From Candidatus Heimdallarchaeota archaeon (lineage in GTDB: Archaea > Asgardarchaeota > Heimdallarchaeia > Heimdallarchaeales > Heimdallarchaeaceae), in assembly GCA_019057375.1 (NCBI GenBank), contig DXJF01000062.1, positions 1 through 27,634 of the forward strand: a DNA stretch of 27,634 bases, written 5' to 3'. Positions within the stretch are counted from its first letter, which is position 1, and each line of letters opens with the position of its first letter. Shown here one piece after another: positions 8,360 through 17,690 of the stretch. Under the pieces are notes generated by a model. It was given only the letters and a program-made list of their open reading frames with translations, was not told where the DNA came from and ran no database searches. Position numbers and translations under genes: made by a program.

Positions 8360-9074
8360 CTCTCTTAATCATCTCTTCTAATTGATTCTCTGTGATTTTT
8401 TCTAGTTTAAGGTTGAATGTCTTTTCAAATGATCTTTCGAATTTCTCATATATTTCCTTTATGTCCAATGACTTTCCAAGAACTTGTTCCATTGAAATTG
8501 GCTCATATTCAGTAATCCCACAAGGGATAATTAAGCGAAAATGATCCATATTTGTATTAACGTTCAATGCTAAACCATGAGATGTAATCCTTTTTGATGC
8601 TCTTGCTCCTATTGCTGCCAACTTCCATTTTCTTCCTTGAAAATCTACCCAAACGCCAGGATATCCCTCTTTTCTCCACCCTTCAATCTTATATTCTTTT
8701 AATAATTCAATCAAAGTTTCTTCCATACTCCAAACAAATTGATCTACACTCATATTCAACTTTATCAAGTTAAGATGAAAGTAACCCACAAGTTGTCCTG
8801 GTCCGTGATAAGTTACCTCTCCACCCCTTCTCACTTCTATAATGTCAATTTCTTCTTCTTCAAGAATTTCATTAGTGGCTAAAATGTCCTCTCTTGATCC
8901 TTTTTTTCCAATTGTAAAAATTGGATTGTGTTGTAAAACTAATAAAAAATTGGCAAACTCACTGTTGTCTTCCTTTTTACTTCTAATCCTCTTTTGCAAA
9001 TCGAGAGAATAACGATATTCTAGAAGATTGTATTCGACAAGATAGCATTTTCTCATTGTTTTCTGTTTTTGCAT
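8352..9074 (-). CDS. lipB: Octanoyltransferase
   Basis: RGGEVTYHGPGQLVGY, KLAAIG, HGLALNVN, IIPCG with catalytic Cys. Overlaps the lipA start by 8 bp. Alternative ATG at 9056. Confidence 0.95.
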   Translation of the reverse strand: MQKQKTMRKCYLVEYNLLEYRYSLDLQKRIRSKKEDNSEFANFLLVLQHNPIFTIGKKGSREDILATNEILEEEEIDIIEVRRGGEVTYHGPGQLVGYFHLNLIKLNMSVDQFVWSMEETLIELLKEYKIEGWRKEGYPGVWVDFQGRKWKLAAIGARASKRITSHGLALNVNTNMDHFRLIIPCGITEYEPISMEQVLGKSLDIKEIYEKFERSFEKTFNLKLEKITENQLEEMIKRDD

Positions 9075-9162
9075 GTGTTTTTAGCAATTTTGGTTTGTCA
9101 GTTTCTTGTGTGTATCAGTAAAGTTGAAAAGTGAGTTCGTTATAGTTAGTAATTGTTTATCT

Positions 9163-9903
9163 ATGGCGAAATTTCTGACAATCTTACTTGCGGAAGCATC
9201 TATCGAATCCTTTCCAGAGGAACTGATGAAGGATATGAATGTAAGAAACTTCTTTTCTAAACTAAAGAAATCACCATCTGAAGTAATGCTAGATATAAAT
9301 TATCATAAGCAACTCATCGGGGGACTAACAGATTTTGAGAGACGAGGAAGGCCTGATATGGTTCATTTCACCCTTTTGTCATGTTTTGGTTCTATTTGTG
9401 CTAGAGAGGAAAGACTTCAAGTGATTATTCACACATATGATGACAGAGTAATATATCTCAATCCTGAAATAAGATTGCCAAAAAGCATTGAGCGGTTTAA
9501 CGGTCTATTTTTGCAGCTGTTTAAGAATGGAAGATCACCTCCAACAGGAGATGAAGTTCTAATGAATCTTACAAAGAGTTCTCTTCCGAATCTTCTGGAA
9601 GAATTACGGCAGAAACACGACATGATAATTGAGTTCAGTGTTAAAGGAGAACAACTTACTTCTCTTGAATATTCAAAAATAATTTTTGAATCCACAAATC
9701 CCTTACTAATATTCGGAGCTTTTCCACACGGAGAAATAAAGAACTTACCAAGAGAATTAGTTGACAAGAAGTTAGGAATTTATGAAGAAGGTTTAGATTT
9801 GTTTGCTGTAATATCTCAAATCCTTGCTAGTCAGCATATGATTGAAGAAGATTCACTTTCAAAAGAAAATGGATCTGAAGAACGAAAAGTTTCATGGGAG
9901 TAA
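9163..9903 (+). CDS. nep1: Nep1/Emg1 SSU rRNA pseudouridine N1-methyltransferase (SPOUT)
   Basis: RGRPDMVH, NPEIRLPKSIERFNGLFLQL and GAFPHG motifs. ATG 9163 preferred over the track start at 9106. Confidence 0.93.
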   Translation: MAKFLTILLAEASIESFPEELMKDMNVRNFFSKLKKSPSEVMLDINYHKQLIGGLTDFERRGRPDMVHFTLLSCFGSICAREERLQVIIHTYDDRVIYLNPEIRLPKSIERFNGLFLQLFKNGRSPPTGDEVLMNLTKSSLPNLLEELRQKHDMIIEFSVKGEQLTSLEYSKIIFESTNPLLIFGAFPHGEIKNLPRELVDKKLGIYEEGLDLFAVISQILASQHMIEEDSLSKENGSEERKVSWE

Positions 9904-9972
9904 GAGTTGAAGAATAAAAGAGCGACTTCCTAGCGACATGTTTAAATTATTTCTTTAATTCGCTCAAAATAG

Positions 9973-12099
9973 GTGAAAATACTGCCATTAGCTAAATTAG
10001 ATAAGTTATTGCATCCAGAAAGCGTTGCCATTATTGGTGCTAGCCCAGATAAGAAGAAGGTTGGATATGCTGCCTTAAGAAACATGGTGTTGAGCGGTTT
10101 CAAAGGAAGGCTTTATGCGATAAATCCAAAAGCGGATCAATATGGGGAGATTGAGGGAGTAAAGGTTTATGCAAGTATAGATGATATTGAAGATGAAGTT
10201 GATTTAGCTGTTATCTGTATTCCTGCAAGATTTATTCCATCATTAATGGACGATTTGGGGAAAAAAGGCGTTAAATATGCTGCTGTAATCACTGCTGGTT
10301 TTAAAGAGACTGGTTCTGAAGGTGCTAAGTTAGAGAAAAAAATTGTAGAGATTGCACGAAAATATGGCATAAGAATTGTAGGTCCAAATATTTTGGGTGT
10401 TATGGATACATCTGCTCCTATGAATGCTAGTTTTGCAGAACGCTCACCTATTAAGGGTGATGTGGCATTTCTGAGTCAAAGTGGAGCTTTGTTGACAGGA
10501 ATATTAGATTGGAGCTGTGCTGAGGGGATTGGATATTCAAGTTTTGTTTCTCTAGGGAACAAAGCTGATTTAGATGAAACAGATTTTATTGAAGCGTTAG
10601 CAGATGATGAGCACACTCTAGCAATTTTAGCATATCTTGAAAGCATAAGTAGAGGTCCTGATTTTGTCAAAGTTTGCAAGTCAGTCACTCGAAAAAAACC
10701 AGTTATTGTATTAAAATCTGGACGTTCAATAGCCGGTGCAAGAGCTGCTTCCTCACACACAGGCAGTATGGCGGGGGCAGATACAACTTATAATGTGGCA
10801 TTTGAGAAAGCTGGTGTAATAAGAGCAGATGATGCACAAGAATTATTTGACATGGCTTTTGCTTTTAGCTTTATGCCTATTCCTGAAGGAAATAAAATAG
10901 CTATAATTACAAACGCAGGAGGACCAGGAATATTAGCTACAGATGCAGCAGAAAAATCTGGTCTTGAACTTGCAACACTTTCTACTGAGTTTAAAGATAA
11001 ATTAAAATCCTTCTTACCACCAGCTGCAAACTTCAACAATCCTATTGATGCACTTGGAACCGCCCAAGCAGAAGACTATGGAATGGTTCTAGAGCTTTCC
11101 TTGTTAAGTGACGATGTAGATGGTGTAATTCTAATTCTTACCCCTCAGGCAATGACTGAGGGTCAAGAAACTACAGATAAAATAATTGAAATACGTAAAA
11201 AATATCCACACAAGCCTATTATCACTGTTTTCATAGGTGGGGAGATTTTAGGACCAAGCATTTATCAGTTGAAAAAGAACAAAATACCTTGTTTTCCTCA
11301 TCCAGAAAGAGGTGTGCGAGCAATGGGCGCTCTTGCTGAATATGATAAAATTAGGAAAAGACCAATTGATGATAAAATTCCAAATCTAGATAGAAACAAA
11401 GAACAAGTTAGAAGTATCTTTGATAAAGTTAAATCAGAAGGGCGAAAGAACCTATTGGGTACAGAAGCAATTAACGTTGCAAAAGTATATGGGATTTGTG
11501 TTCCTAATACCAGACTAGCTCGATCAAAAGAAGAAGCTGCATCTTTAGCTGAGGAAATAGGCTTTCCTGTTGTAATGAAAATAACAAGCCCTGATATTAT
11601 ACATAAAACAGATATTGGTGGAGTAAGGTTAAATGTCAAAAGCAAAGAAGAAGCTACCAAAACATATGAAGAAATAACCGCTAAAGCAAAGGAGCATTAT
11701 CCTGAAACCAAGCTTCTAGCAGTTGATGTTCAAAAGATGGAAAAGATAGGAAAAGAGCTCATTGTAGGGTCAATGAAGGATCCTCAATTTGGTTCTCTTG
11801 TTATGGTGGGTTTGGGGGGTGTTTATACTAACTTCTTTAAGGATGTAGCTTTTGGATTAGCTCCATTAACAAAATTAGAATCCGAAAAGATGTTACAGCG
11901 AACAAAAACATATACTCTTCTCAAAGGAGTACGCGGAGAACCACCATCTGATATTGCAGCAGTGAATGAAACTTTACTTAGAGTATCATTATTGGTTACT
12001 GACTTTCCTGAAATAGAGGAACTAGATATCAATCCATTTTTTGTTTATGAGGAAGGAAAGGGTGTGTCTGCTTTGGATGTGAAAATAGCACTCGAATAA
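9973..12099 (+). CDS. Acetate/acyl-CoA ligase (ADP-forming), fused alpha+beta
   Basis: CoA-binding N-terminus (VAIIGAS), SQSG, phospho-His SSHTGS, NAGGPG, ATP-grasp HKTDIGGV, ELDINP. No GNAT domain, so not PatZ. Confidence 0.93.
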   Translation: MKILPLAKLDKLLHPESVAIIGASPDKKKVGYAALRNMVLSGFKGRLYAINPKADQYGEIEGVKVYASIDDIEDEVDLAVICIPARFIPSLMDDLGKKGVKYAAVITAGFKETGSEGAKLEKKIVEIARKYGIRIVGPNILGVMDTSAPMNASFAERSPIKGDVAFLSQSGALLTGILDWSCAEGIGYSSFVSLGNKADLDETDFIEALADDEHTLAILAYLESISRGPDFVKVCKSVTRKKPVIVLKSGRSIAGARAASSHTGSMAGADTTYNVAFEKAGVIRADDAQELFDMAFAFSFMPIPEGNKIAIITNAGGPGILATDAAEKSGLELATLSTEFKDKLKSFLPPAANFNNPIDALGTAQAEDYGMVLELSLLSDDVDGVILILTPQAMTEGQETTDKIIEIRKKYPHKPIITVFIGGEILGPSIYQLKKNKIPCFPHPERGVRAMGALAEYDKIRKRPIDDKIPNLDRNKEQVRSIFDKVKSEGRKNLLGTEAINVAKVYGICVPNTRLARSKEEAASLAEEIGFPVVMKITSPDIIHKTDIGGVRLNVKSKEEATKTYEEITAKAKEHYPETKLLAVDVQKMEKIGKELIVGSMKDPQFGSLVMVGLGGVYTNFFKDVAFGLAPLTKLESEKMLQRTKTYTLLKGVRGEPPSDIAAVNETLLRVSLLVTDFPEIEELDINPFFVYEEGKGVSALDVKIALE

Positions 12100-12320
12100 T
12101 GAGTGCTTCATGCATTTATTTTTGTATTATTTCTGTATTATGTTTGTAACTCTTCAATTGTTATCTTCTACTTTCAGTTACTATCAAAGTGTTTTCTCAC
12201 ATTTTAGCAAATAACGAGAAAATATTCGTTTTTATTTTTTAGTTAATCTTTTAGATAGTTAGCAAAAATGTTAGGTTCTCCTCAAAACTTCAAAACTTTG
12301 ATTTGAATATGATTGGTTTT

Positions 12321-12932
12321 TCAATCAACTTTATCTTTCGCGCTTTCAAAGACAATAAATCCAGTCTTTAGTTTTTCTGCCTCATCTTGTGATAGTTCAA
12401 TTGTCTCTAGCTTGTTTGGATCTGCAGGAATGATGGATGAATTTCCAAAAGGATCTTCAACAACAATATCGATTGGAAGATTATCTTTAATATAAGAATC
12501 CAAGAGTTCAACATATACTCTAATCTTTTCTCTTTCTTCATCTGAACTTGCATCACCTAAGAGGAAAAATGCTTTTCCTCTAATGTCGTGAAGTATACCT
12601 TCAATATTGTTGATAAAACCTTCCGCATTAGGACCTGGTTCTATCATAGCCCCTATTTGTGGAAAGATTATCGTTCCATTAGCTGCTCTTATGATTTTTG
12701 TTGTATAATCATCCTTATTTTCAGCATGGTAAATGTATCTGATTGGATCTTTAAATGAGAGATTGATAAAATCATTGTGTTTAAAATGACAGTCAGAACA
12801 AACCATATTGAAAAACCAAAGTTGGGGAAAATGAGGGATATCCATTATCTTTTGTGTAATTTTAGTATTGGTACTGCTGCACACAGGACATTTAACTTCC
12901 ATCATTTCAAAATTATGTTCCTCTGTTGTCAT
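12321..12932 (-). CDS. zpr1: ZPR1 zinc-finger family protein (single-unit archaeal form)
   Basis: CPVC...CSDC finger, EPGP, NIEG and DPFGNS motifs. Confidence 0.92.
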   Translation of the reverse strand: MTTEEHNFEMMEVKCPVCSSTNTKITQKIMDIPHFPQLWFFNMVCSDCHFKHNDFINLSFKDPIRYIYHAENKDDYTTKIIRAANGTIIFPQIGAMIEPGPNAEGFINNIEGILHDIRGKAFFLLGDASSDEEREKIRVYVELLDSYIKDNLPIDIVVEDPFGNSSIIPADPNKLETIELSQDEAEKLKTGFIVFESAKDKVD

Positions 12933-13051
12933 TTAATCGCTTTTTACTTCTTTGTAAATCATTTAAAGTTTAAGATAGAATGAAACTTAGTTCAATTAAA
13001 CTACAAGTTTGAACAGTAAATTTTTTTTAGATTAAAATTCAAGGGGAGTCG

Positions 13052-13690
13052 ATGAGAGAAGAGCTATTGGACTTATACAACAACCTCTATGAAGAATATG
13101 GTTCTCAAAACTGGTGGCCAGGTGAGGGGTTAGAAATCGCCATTGGAGCAATATTAACTCAGCAAACTAATTGGAAAAATGTGGAAAATGCTCTTCTTCA
13201 GTTAAAGGATGCCCATTGCTTGAATATGAAATGTTTGCAGAAGATTTCTATTGAGGAGTTAGAAAAACTAATTAAATCAAGTGGATTTTACCGCATAAAG
13301 GCTAGACGGATAAAAAATCTAATAGAGTTACTATCAATCAACCCACAACCTGATCGTAAAACTTTGTTATCAATAAACGGGTTGGGTGATGAAACAACGG
13401 ACTCTATCATGCTTTACTTATTCAAAAAGAAATATTTTGTAATTGATTCCTATACATTTCGAATTATGAATAGACTTGGTTTATATGATGGCAAGAATTA
13501 CTTGGAACTCCAAAGACTATTTATGAAGAATCTTCCAAGTAAATTACAGTTATATCAAGAATATCATGCATTGATAGTGAAACATGCAAAGAGTTATTGT
13601 ATAAAGAGCAATCCTCAGTGTGTTAATTGCGCACTCAACAAAAGATGTCAATACAGTATAGAAAAAAACAAAAAGAGTTTGGAGCGGTAA
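13052..13690 (+). CDS. HhH-GPD / endonuclease III-related DNA glycosylase with 4Fe-4S motif
   Basis: NWWP, AILTQQT, HhH motif INGLGDETTDSI, conserved Asp in VID, C-x6-C-x2-C-x5-C. Confidence 0.9.
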   Translation: MREELLDLYNNLYEEYGSQNWWPGEGLEIAIGAILTQQTNWKNVENALLQLKDAHCLNMKCLQKISIEELEKLIKSSGFYRIKARRIKNLIELLSINPQPDRKTLLSINGLGDETTDSIMLYLFKKKYFVIDSYTFRIMNRLGLYDGKNYLELQRLFMKNLPSKLQLYQEYHALIVKHAKSYCIKSNPQCVNCALNKRCQYSIEKNKKSLER

Positions 13691-13692
13691 AT

Positions 13693-14892
13693 ATGTTTCT
13701 TACCAAAGAACAACAGAAGATGCTAGATGGGGAATTTGGGCATGCAATTGCTAAACTCACTCAATTAATTGTAAAAATCGGTGAAGTAAATGGTGCAACA
13801 AGACTTATTCCCATAAAAAATGCACAAATTGCGGGTGTTTCATACTTAACTGTTGGAGAACCTATTTTCACTTTTTTCAATATGTTATCTGAAGATAATG
13901 TCAAAGTTAGCGTTCCTAGCTGGTTAAATCCTGCTGGGATGGATATGAAGAAATGGAAAGAAATGGGAATAAAAAATGATTTTGCTGAAAAACAGCGTAA
14001 AATTATACAACAATATCAGAAGATGGGAATACAAACAACACTTACCTGTACACCATACTTGATTGGGCATAAACCAAAATTTGGTGACCATTTAGCATGG
14101 AGTGAATCATCAGCTGTATCTGTAGCTAACGCTTATTATGGTGCAAGAACAAACAGAGAAGGAGGTCCTTCCTCATTAGCATCAGCTATAACTGGTTTTA
14201 CTGCTGATTATGGGTTACACAAGAAGGAAAACAGAGTTCCTAAAATAGTTGTAGCTGTAAAAGCAACAATTACTCATTTTTCAGATTTCTCAGCTTTGGG
14301 CTATTGGTATGGGGAAAAGTTTCATGGAATTATCCCATATTTTAAAAGTATAAAAAATACCAATATTGATCAAGTAAAAATGTTAGGCGCGGCAATGGCT
14401 GCATCAGGAAGCGTGGCTCACTTTCACATTGCAAAGCATACACCAGAAGCTGAAAAAGTTGATTTGAGTTATATAAGTGAAACAGTTACCTTCGATGAAA
14501 ACGATAAAAAACAAATATACGACCATTTCAACCAGATAAAGGAAAGAGTAAATTTAGTGGTAATTGGGTGTCCTCATACAAGTCTTGAGGACGTAAAACT
14601 TATTGATTCATCTCTTGGAGATAAGTCTATCAAGGAGGGGATTAAATTCTGGGTTTTTTCCTCTCAAGAATTGATGCAAAATGATAAAGCAAAGAAACTT
14701 TTAACCAATTTGGAGGAAAAGGGAGTGAAAATATTTACTGATACTTGTATGGTCGTATCTCCCGTAGTTAGGGAAAATTACAAAAACATTGTGACAAATT
14801 CTGCTAAAGCGGCATTTTATCTCACTAGAGAAGGTACAAACAATGTTAACTTACTTTCTTTGTCTGAAATTATAGAGAGGGTTTCTGAATGA
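13693..14892 (+). CDS. Aconitase X catalytic subunit; probable phosphomevalonate dehydratase large subunit
   Basis: AQIAGVSY, TCTPY, WSESSA, RTNREGG, IGCPH and DTCMVV motifs, giving three Cys ligands. ATG 13693 is 2 nt after the upstream stop. Confidence 0.9.
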   Translation: MFLTKEQQKMLDGEFGHAIAKLTQLIVKIGEVNGATRLIPIKNAQIAGVSYLTVGEPIFTFFNMLSEDNVKVSVPSWLNPAGMDMKKWKEMGIKNDFAEKQRKIIQQYQKMGIQTTLTCTPYLIGHKPKFGDHLAWSESSAVSVANAYYGARTNREGGPSSLASAITGFTADYGLHKKENRVPKIVVAVKATITHFSDFSALGYWYGEKFHGIIPYFKSIKNTNIDQVKMLGAAMAASGSVAHFHIAKHTPEAEKVDLSYISETVTFDENDKKQIYDHFNQIKERVNLVVIGCPHTSLEDVKLIDSSLGDKSIKEGIKFWVFSSQELMQNDKAKKLLTNLEEKGVKIFTDTCMVVSPVVRENYKNIVTNSAKAAFYLTREGTNNVNLLSLSEIIERVSE

Positions 14893-15296
14893 AAACAATA
14901 AAAATACGTGCTATTGTTGAAGGTACTGTAGAGGGAATTGCTTTAGTTTCACCTATTCCAATTTCGTTTTTTGGTGGTGTTGATGCTGAAACAGGAATAA
15001 TAACTGATTCCGAGAATCCATTATTTGGAGAAAGTCTTACTGATAAAATTTTTGTATTTCCAGAGAGTAAAGGATCAACCGTGGGTTCTTATGTTATTTA
15101 TGGTCTAAGTGTCAATAATGTGGCACCACTTGCACTTATAGCAAATGAAGCAGAAACAATTGTTGTAGCTGGAGCAATACTAGCGAATATTCCCTTTGTT
15201 GATAAAGCTGACCAAGATGTTACTGTTTCAATTAAAACAGGAGATAAACTAGTAGTAGATACTACTCAAAATATAATAATATTAAAAAAAGAGTAG
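14889..15296 (+). CDS. Aconitase X swivel subunit (DUF126); probable phosphomevalonate dehydratase small subunit
   Basis: ISFFGGVD and KGSTVGSY motifs; ATGA overlap with the large subunit. Confidence 0.9.
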   Translation: MKTIKIRAIVEGTVEGIALVSPIPISFFGGVDAETGIITDSENPLFGESLTDKIFVFPESKGSTVGSYVIYGLSVNNVAPLALIANEAETIVVAGAILANIPFVDKADQDVTVSIKTGDKLVVDTTQNIIILKKE

Positions 15297-15313
15297 AAAT
15301 TGGTAAAAATTAC

Positions 15314-16999
15314 TTACCTTCGCTTTTTACCCTGTTGTTCTGATAATAATTTCTGAAATTCGTCTCTTAGCAAAGTTTCTTGTCCTTGCAAAGCTTGTTT
15401 TTTCTCTTCATCAAGCTTTTCCATTTGCTCTGAAAGGGCTTTTTCTTTTTCAATCCTTAATTCTTCTGTAACATCAGCAATTTCCTTTTCCTGCTGCTCT
15501 TTTAATTGTTCCAAGAGTTCTCTTTGTTCGTTTTCTTTCTGAATATTGAATTTTTCTTCTAATTGTGCCTTTTCTTCTTCAAAACCTTGTTTTAAATTCT
15601 CAATTTCTAAGAGTTGATCTTCTTTCAACTGATTTTTTTGTACCTCAAATTCTTTTTTGAGGTTGTCACTAACCGAAAGAATTCTTTCCTCAATGAAGTT
15701 CTCTCGTTGAGTGTTAACTAAATCTAAGAATTCATTACCTGAAACAGTGTTGATTATTTCAAAAGCTCTGTTAATGGTGTTAATATTGGCTTGAGCAGTT
15801 TCGAATTCCTCATTATTGAGAATCCCTTCTGATTCTTTAATCAAATCTTCAACAAATTTCATGACTAAATCTGTTGCCATTTCAGGAATTATTTCTATTG
15901 TTCTCAGGAGATTCTTGAGTTCTAAACCCTTGGAAGATAGCTCTGCTAGTTCTACTTCATATCCTTTCGTTAAGCTTTTCTCTCTAAAAATCAAATCATA
16001 CGGTCCTATCATCATTGTTTGCTTAGTTTGCAGTTGATCAAAGAATGTTATAATGGCGCTTAACTCATAAACTCCCTTTTCATTGGGCTGCGAACAATGT
16101 ATGGAAAGATTATGTTCAGTTGAATGACTTGCAGGTAAATTAGCAATTGTAATCTCTGTTCCACCATCAATGATATCGATTCCTTCTGGGAAATCGAGTT
16201 TGAAAACAAGATTAAATGCTTCACCATCACCTTCATTTTCAATAATTATGGATAGGTTTGTAGGTTCTCCCAGAACTAAATCTCTAGAAATATTTACTTC
16301 AGGAACGATTTTTGGTAATTTAACCTTTGACCTGAAGTTTTTCACAACAATATCCATAGCATCATCAATAGCTGGGAAGAATAATTCACCCATAATTTGT
16401 GATAATCCCGGTTTTAAGTGCCCACCAACTAGCTGTTGTGCATTAAGTAAAGCTGTTGTATCTGAATCTTTCACAGCTTTAATGGCATGACCTGCTGAAT
16501 ACAGAACTTGTTGAGCTCTAGTAAAACCAGGATCATCCTGAATTTGCTCAATGTATTGCTTGTAAAGTTGTTCAGCCGACTGAAATTCTTCTATTGAGAA
16601 GTAGAAAAAACATGCAGTAGAGATTAATACTATTCCTCTATCATATTCATTCCATAATAGATATTCCTGTGCTGCATTAACCAAATCTTCGATCACAGCA
16701 TTTGTTGCAGCTCTCCAATCATCTATTGCTCCAATTTTTTTAAAGATATAGGAAACATAATAGATGTTTTGTGAACTCAAACGAAATTGTTTCTTCTCTT
16801 TATTTTCTTCTGATGCCCGGATAAAATTCTTAATTGCTTCATGGTACAAGTCCTCGGCTTGTGCCAACCCCCTAGTTGCTTCCTGATTTCTAGCAGCCTC
16901 TAAATACTTCCTTGCAGAGTCAGCATAATTAGCACTTTTAAATAAATCTCGTGCTTCTGACATTAGTATAGCAAGGTCCTCATCATAAGATTTTTCCAT
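15314..16999 (-). CDS. Hypothetical protein: helical-repeat region, Ig-like beta-sandwich, long coiled coil
   Basis: aa 1-225 amphipathic A/Y-rich helices; aa 228-339 alternating beta pattern with ENEGDGEAFN; aa 430-557 E/K/Q-rich heptads. No TM or signal peptide seen. Confidence 0.8.
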   Translation of the reverse strand: MEKSYDEDLAILMSEARDLFKSANYADSARKYLEAARNQEATRGLAQAEDLYHEAIKNFIRASEENKEKKQFRLSSQNIYYVSYIFKKIGAIDDWRAATNAVIEDLVNAAQEYLLWNEYDRGIVLISTACFFYFSIEEFQSAEQLYKQYIEQIQDDPGFTRAQQVLYSAGHAIKAVKDSDTTALLNAQQLVGGHLKPGLSQIMGELFFPAIDDAMDIVVKNFRSKVKLPKIVPEVNISRDLVLGEPTNLSIIIENEGDGEAFNLVFKLDFPEGIDIIDGGTEITIANLPASHSTEHNLSIHCSQPNEKGVYELSAIITFFDQLQTKQTMMIGPYDLIFREKSLTKGYEVELAELSSKGLELKNLLRTIEIIPEMATDLVMKFVEDLIKESEGILNNEEFETAQANINTINRAFEIINTVSGNEFLDLVNTQRENFIEERILSVSDNLKKEFEVQKNQLKEDQLLEIENLKQGFEEEKAQLEEKFNIQKENEQRELLEQLKEQQEKEIADVTEELRIEKEKALSEQMEKLDEEKKQALQGQETLLRDEFQKLLSEQQGKKRR

Positions 17000-17140
17000 A
17001 AATTTTAAGCTACAACCTCAATATATAAATTTATTTAAGCACGCATTGAACCTTGTTTAGAAGGCTTCCAAAGTTAAACATCATTTATAGGTCTCTTTCT
17101 ACATACATTGAGAGAAATATACAAATTTAGAAATCTTAAG

Positions 17141-17217
17141 TGGTGGACCGGACGAGATTCGAACTCGCGGCCTCTTCCATGCCAAGGAAGCGATCTTCCA
17201 GACTGATCTACCGGCCC
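17141..17217 (-). tRNA. tRNA-Ala(GGC), intronless, CCA encoded
   Basis: GGGCCGG-TA-GATC-AGTCTGGAA-GATC-G-CTTCC-TTGGCAT-GGAAG-AGGCC-GCGAG-TTCGAAT-CTCGT-CCGGTCC-A-CCA; G3:U70 alanine identity pair present. Confidence 0.97.
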
Positions 17218-17277
17218 ACTTTTAGAAGTAGTTAAAAAAGAAGGGTTAATTCATTCTAGTAAACTTAAACATACCCT

Positions 17278-17442
17278 TTAGTGTCTGTGCCATGCATAAC
17301 TTCGGATTTTTGAAGATCGTCCAAAACCACAAGATGCACAAGTTTTATGTCTTTTGTGGAAGGAATGACGACCACATCTTCTACAAACTATGTGAGTTGA
17401 TCTTTTGTTATGTCTTCCAAATGATGGTGTTCCCTTAGTCAT
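17278..17442 (-). CDS. rpl37e: 50S ribosomal protein L37e (54 aa)
   Basis: Not in the ORF track. [54 protein letters not shown]; GGTGA SD; directly downstream of the Sm gene. Confidence 0.97.
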   Translation of the reverse strand: MTKGTPSFGRHNKRSTHIVCRRCGRHSFHKRHKTCASCGFGRSSKIRSYAWHRH

Positions 17443-17462
17443 TTTTTTTCACCTTTTTGAAA

Positions 17463-17690
17463 TTATTTAGGGGGAGGACTAATCATAATTACGTTATCAC
17501 CACGTACAATTACGTCTCCAAGTTTTATTGCTCCTTCTGAAGCTATCTCTTCTGCTTCTTCTAATGTTAGATTAAGATGAATATCATAGTTTTTGAGAAT
17601 ACCTCTCATTCGACGATTACCTCGAAGTCTAATTAATACTCTTTTTTCTCTTGCTTGATTCAAGATATCCATCGGTTTATTTACACTCAT
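17463..17690 (-). CDS. Sm-like archaeal protein (SmAP1/Lsm)
   Basis: Sm1 motif GILKNYDIHLNLTL and Sm2 motif IVRGDNV; typical linkage to rpl37e. Confidence 0.95.
   Translation of the reverse strand: MSVNKPMDILNQAREKRVLIRLRGNRRMRGILKNYDIHLNLTLEEAEEIASEGAIKLGDVIVRGDNVIMISPPPK

Noticed and set aside
9973-12099. PatZ/Pka protein acetyltransferase
   Set aside because: No GNAT domain is present, and both phospho-His motifs are intact.
12110-12214. 34-aa hydrophobic ORF MHLFLYYFCIMFV... after the acyl-CoA ligase
   Set aside because: Its hydrophobicity follows from the T-rich terminator-like sequence, and there is no SD.
12990-13014. GTTCAA...TTGAAC inverted repeat between zpr1 and the EndoIII-like gene
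   Set aside because: Six-bp arms in AT-rich DNA with no second copy.
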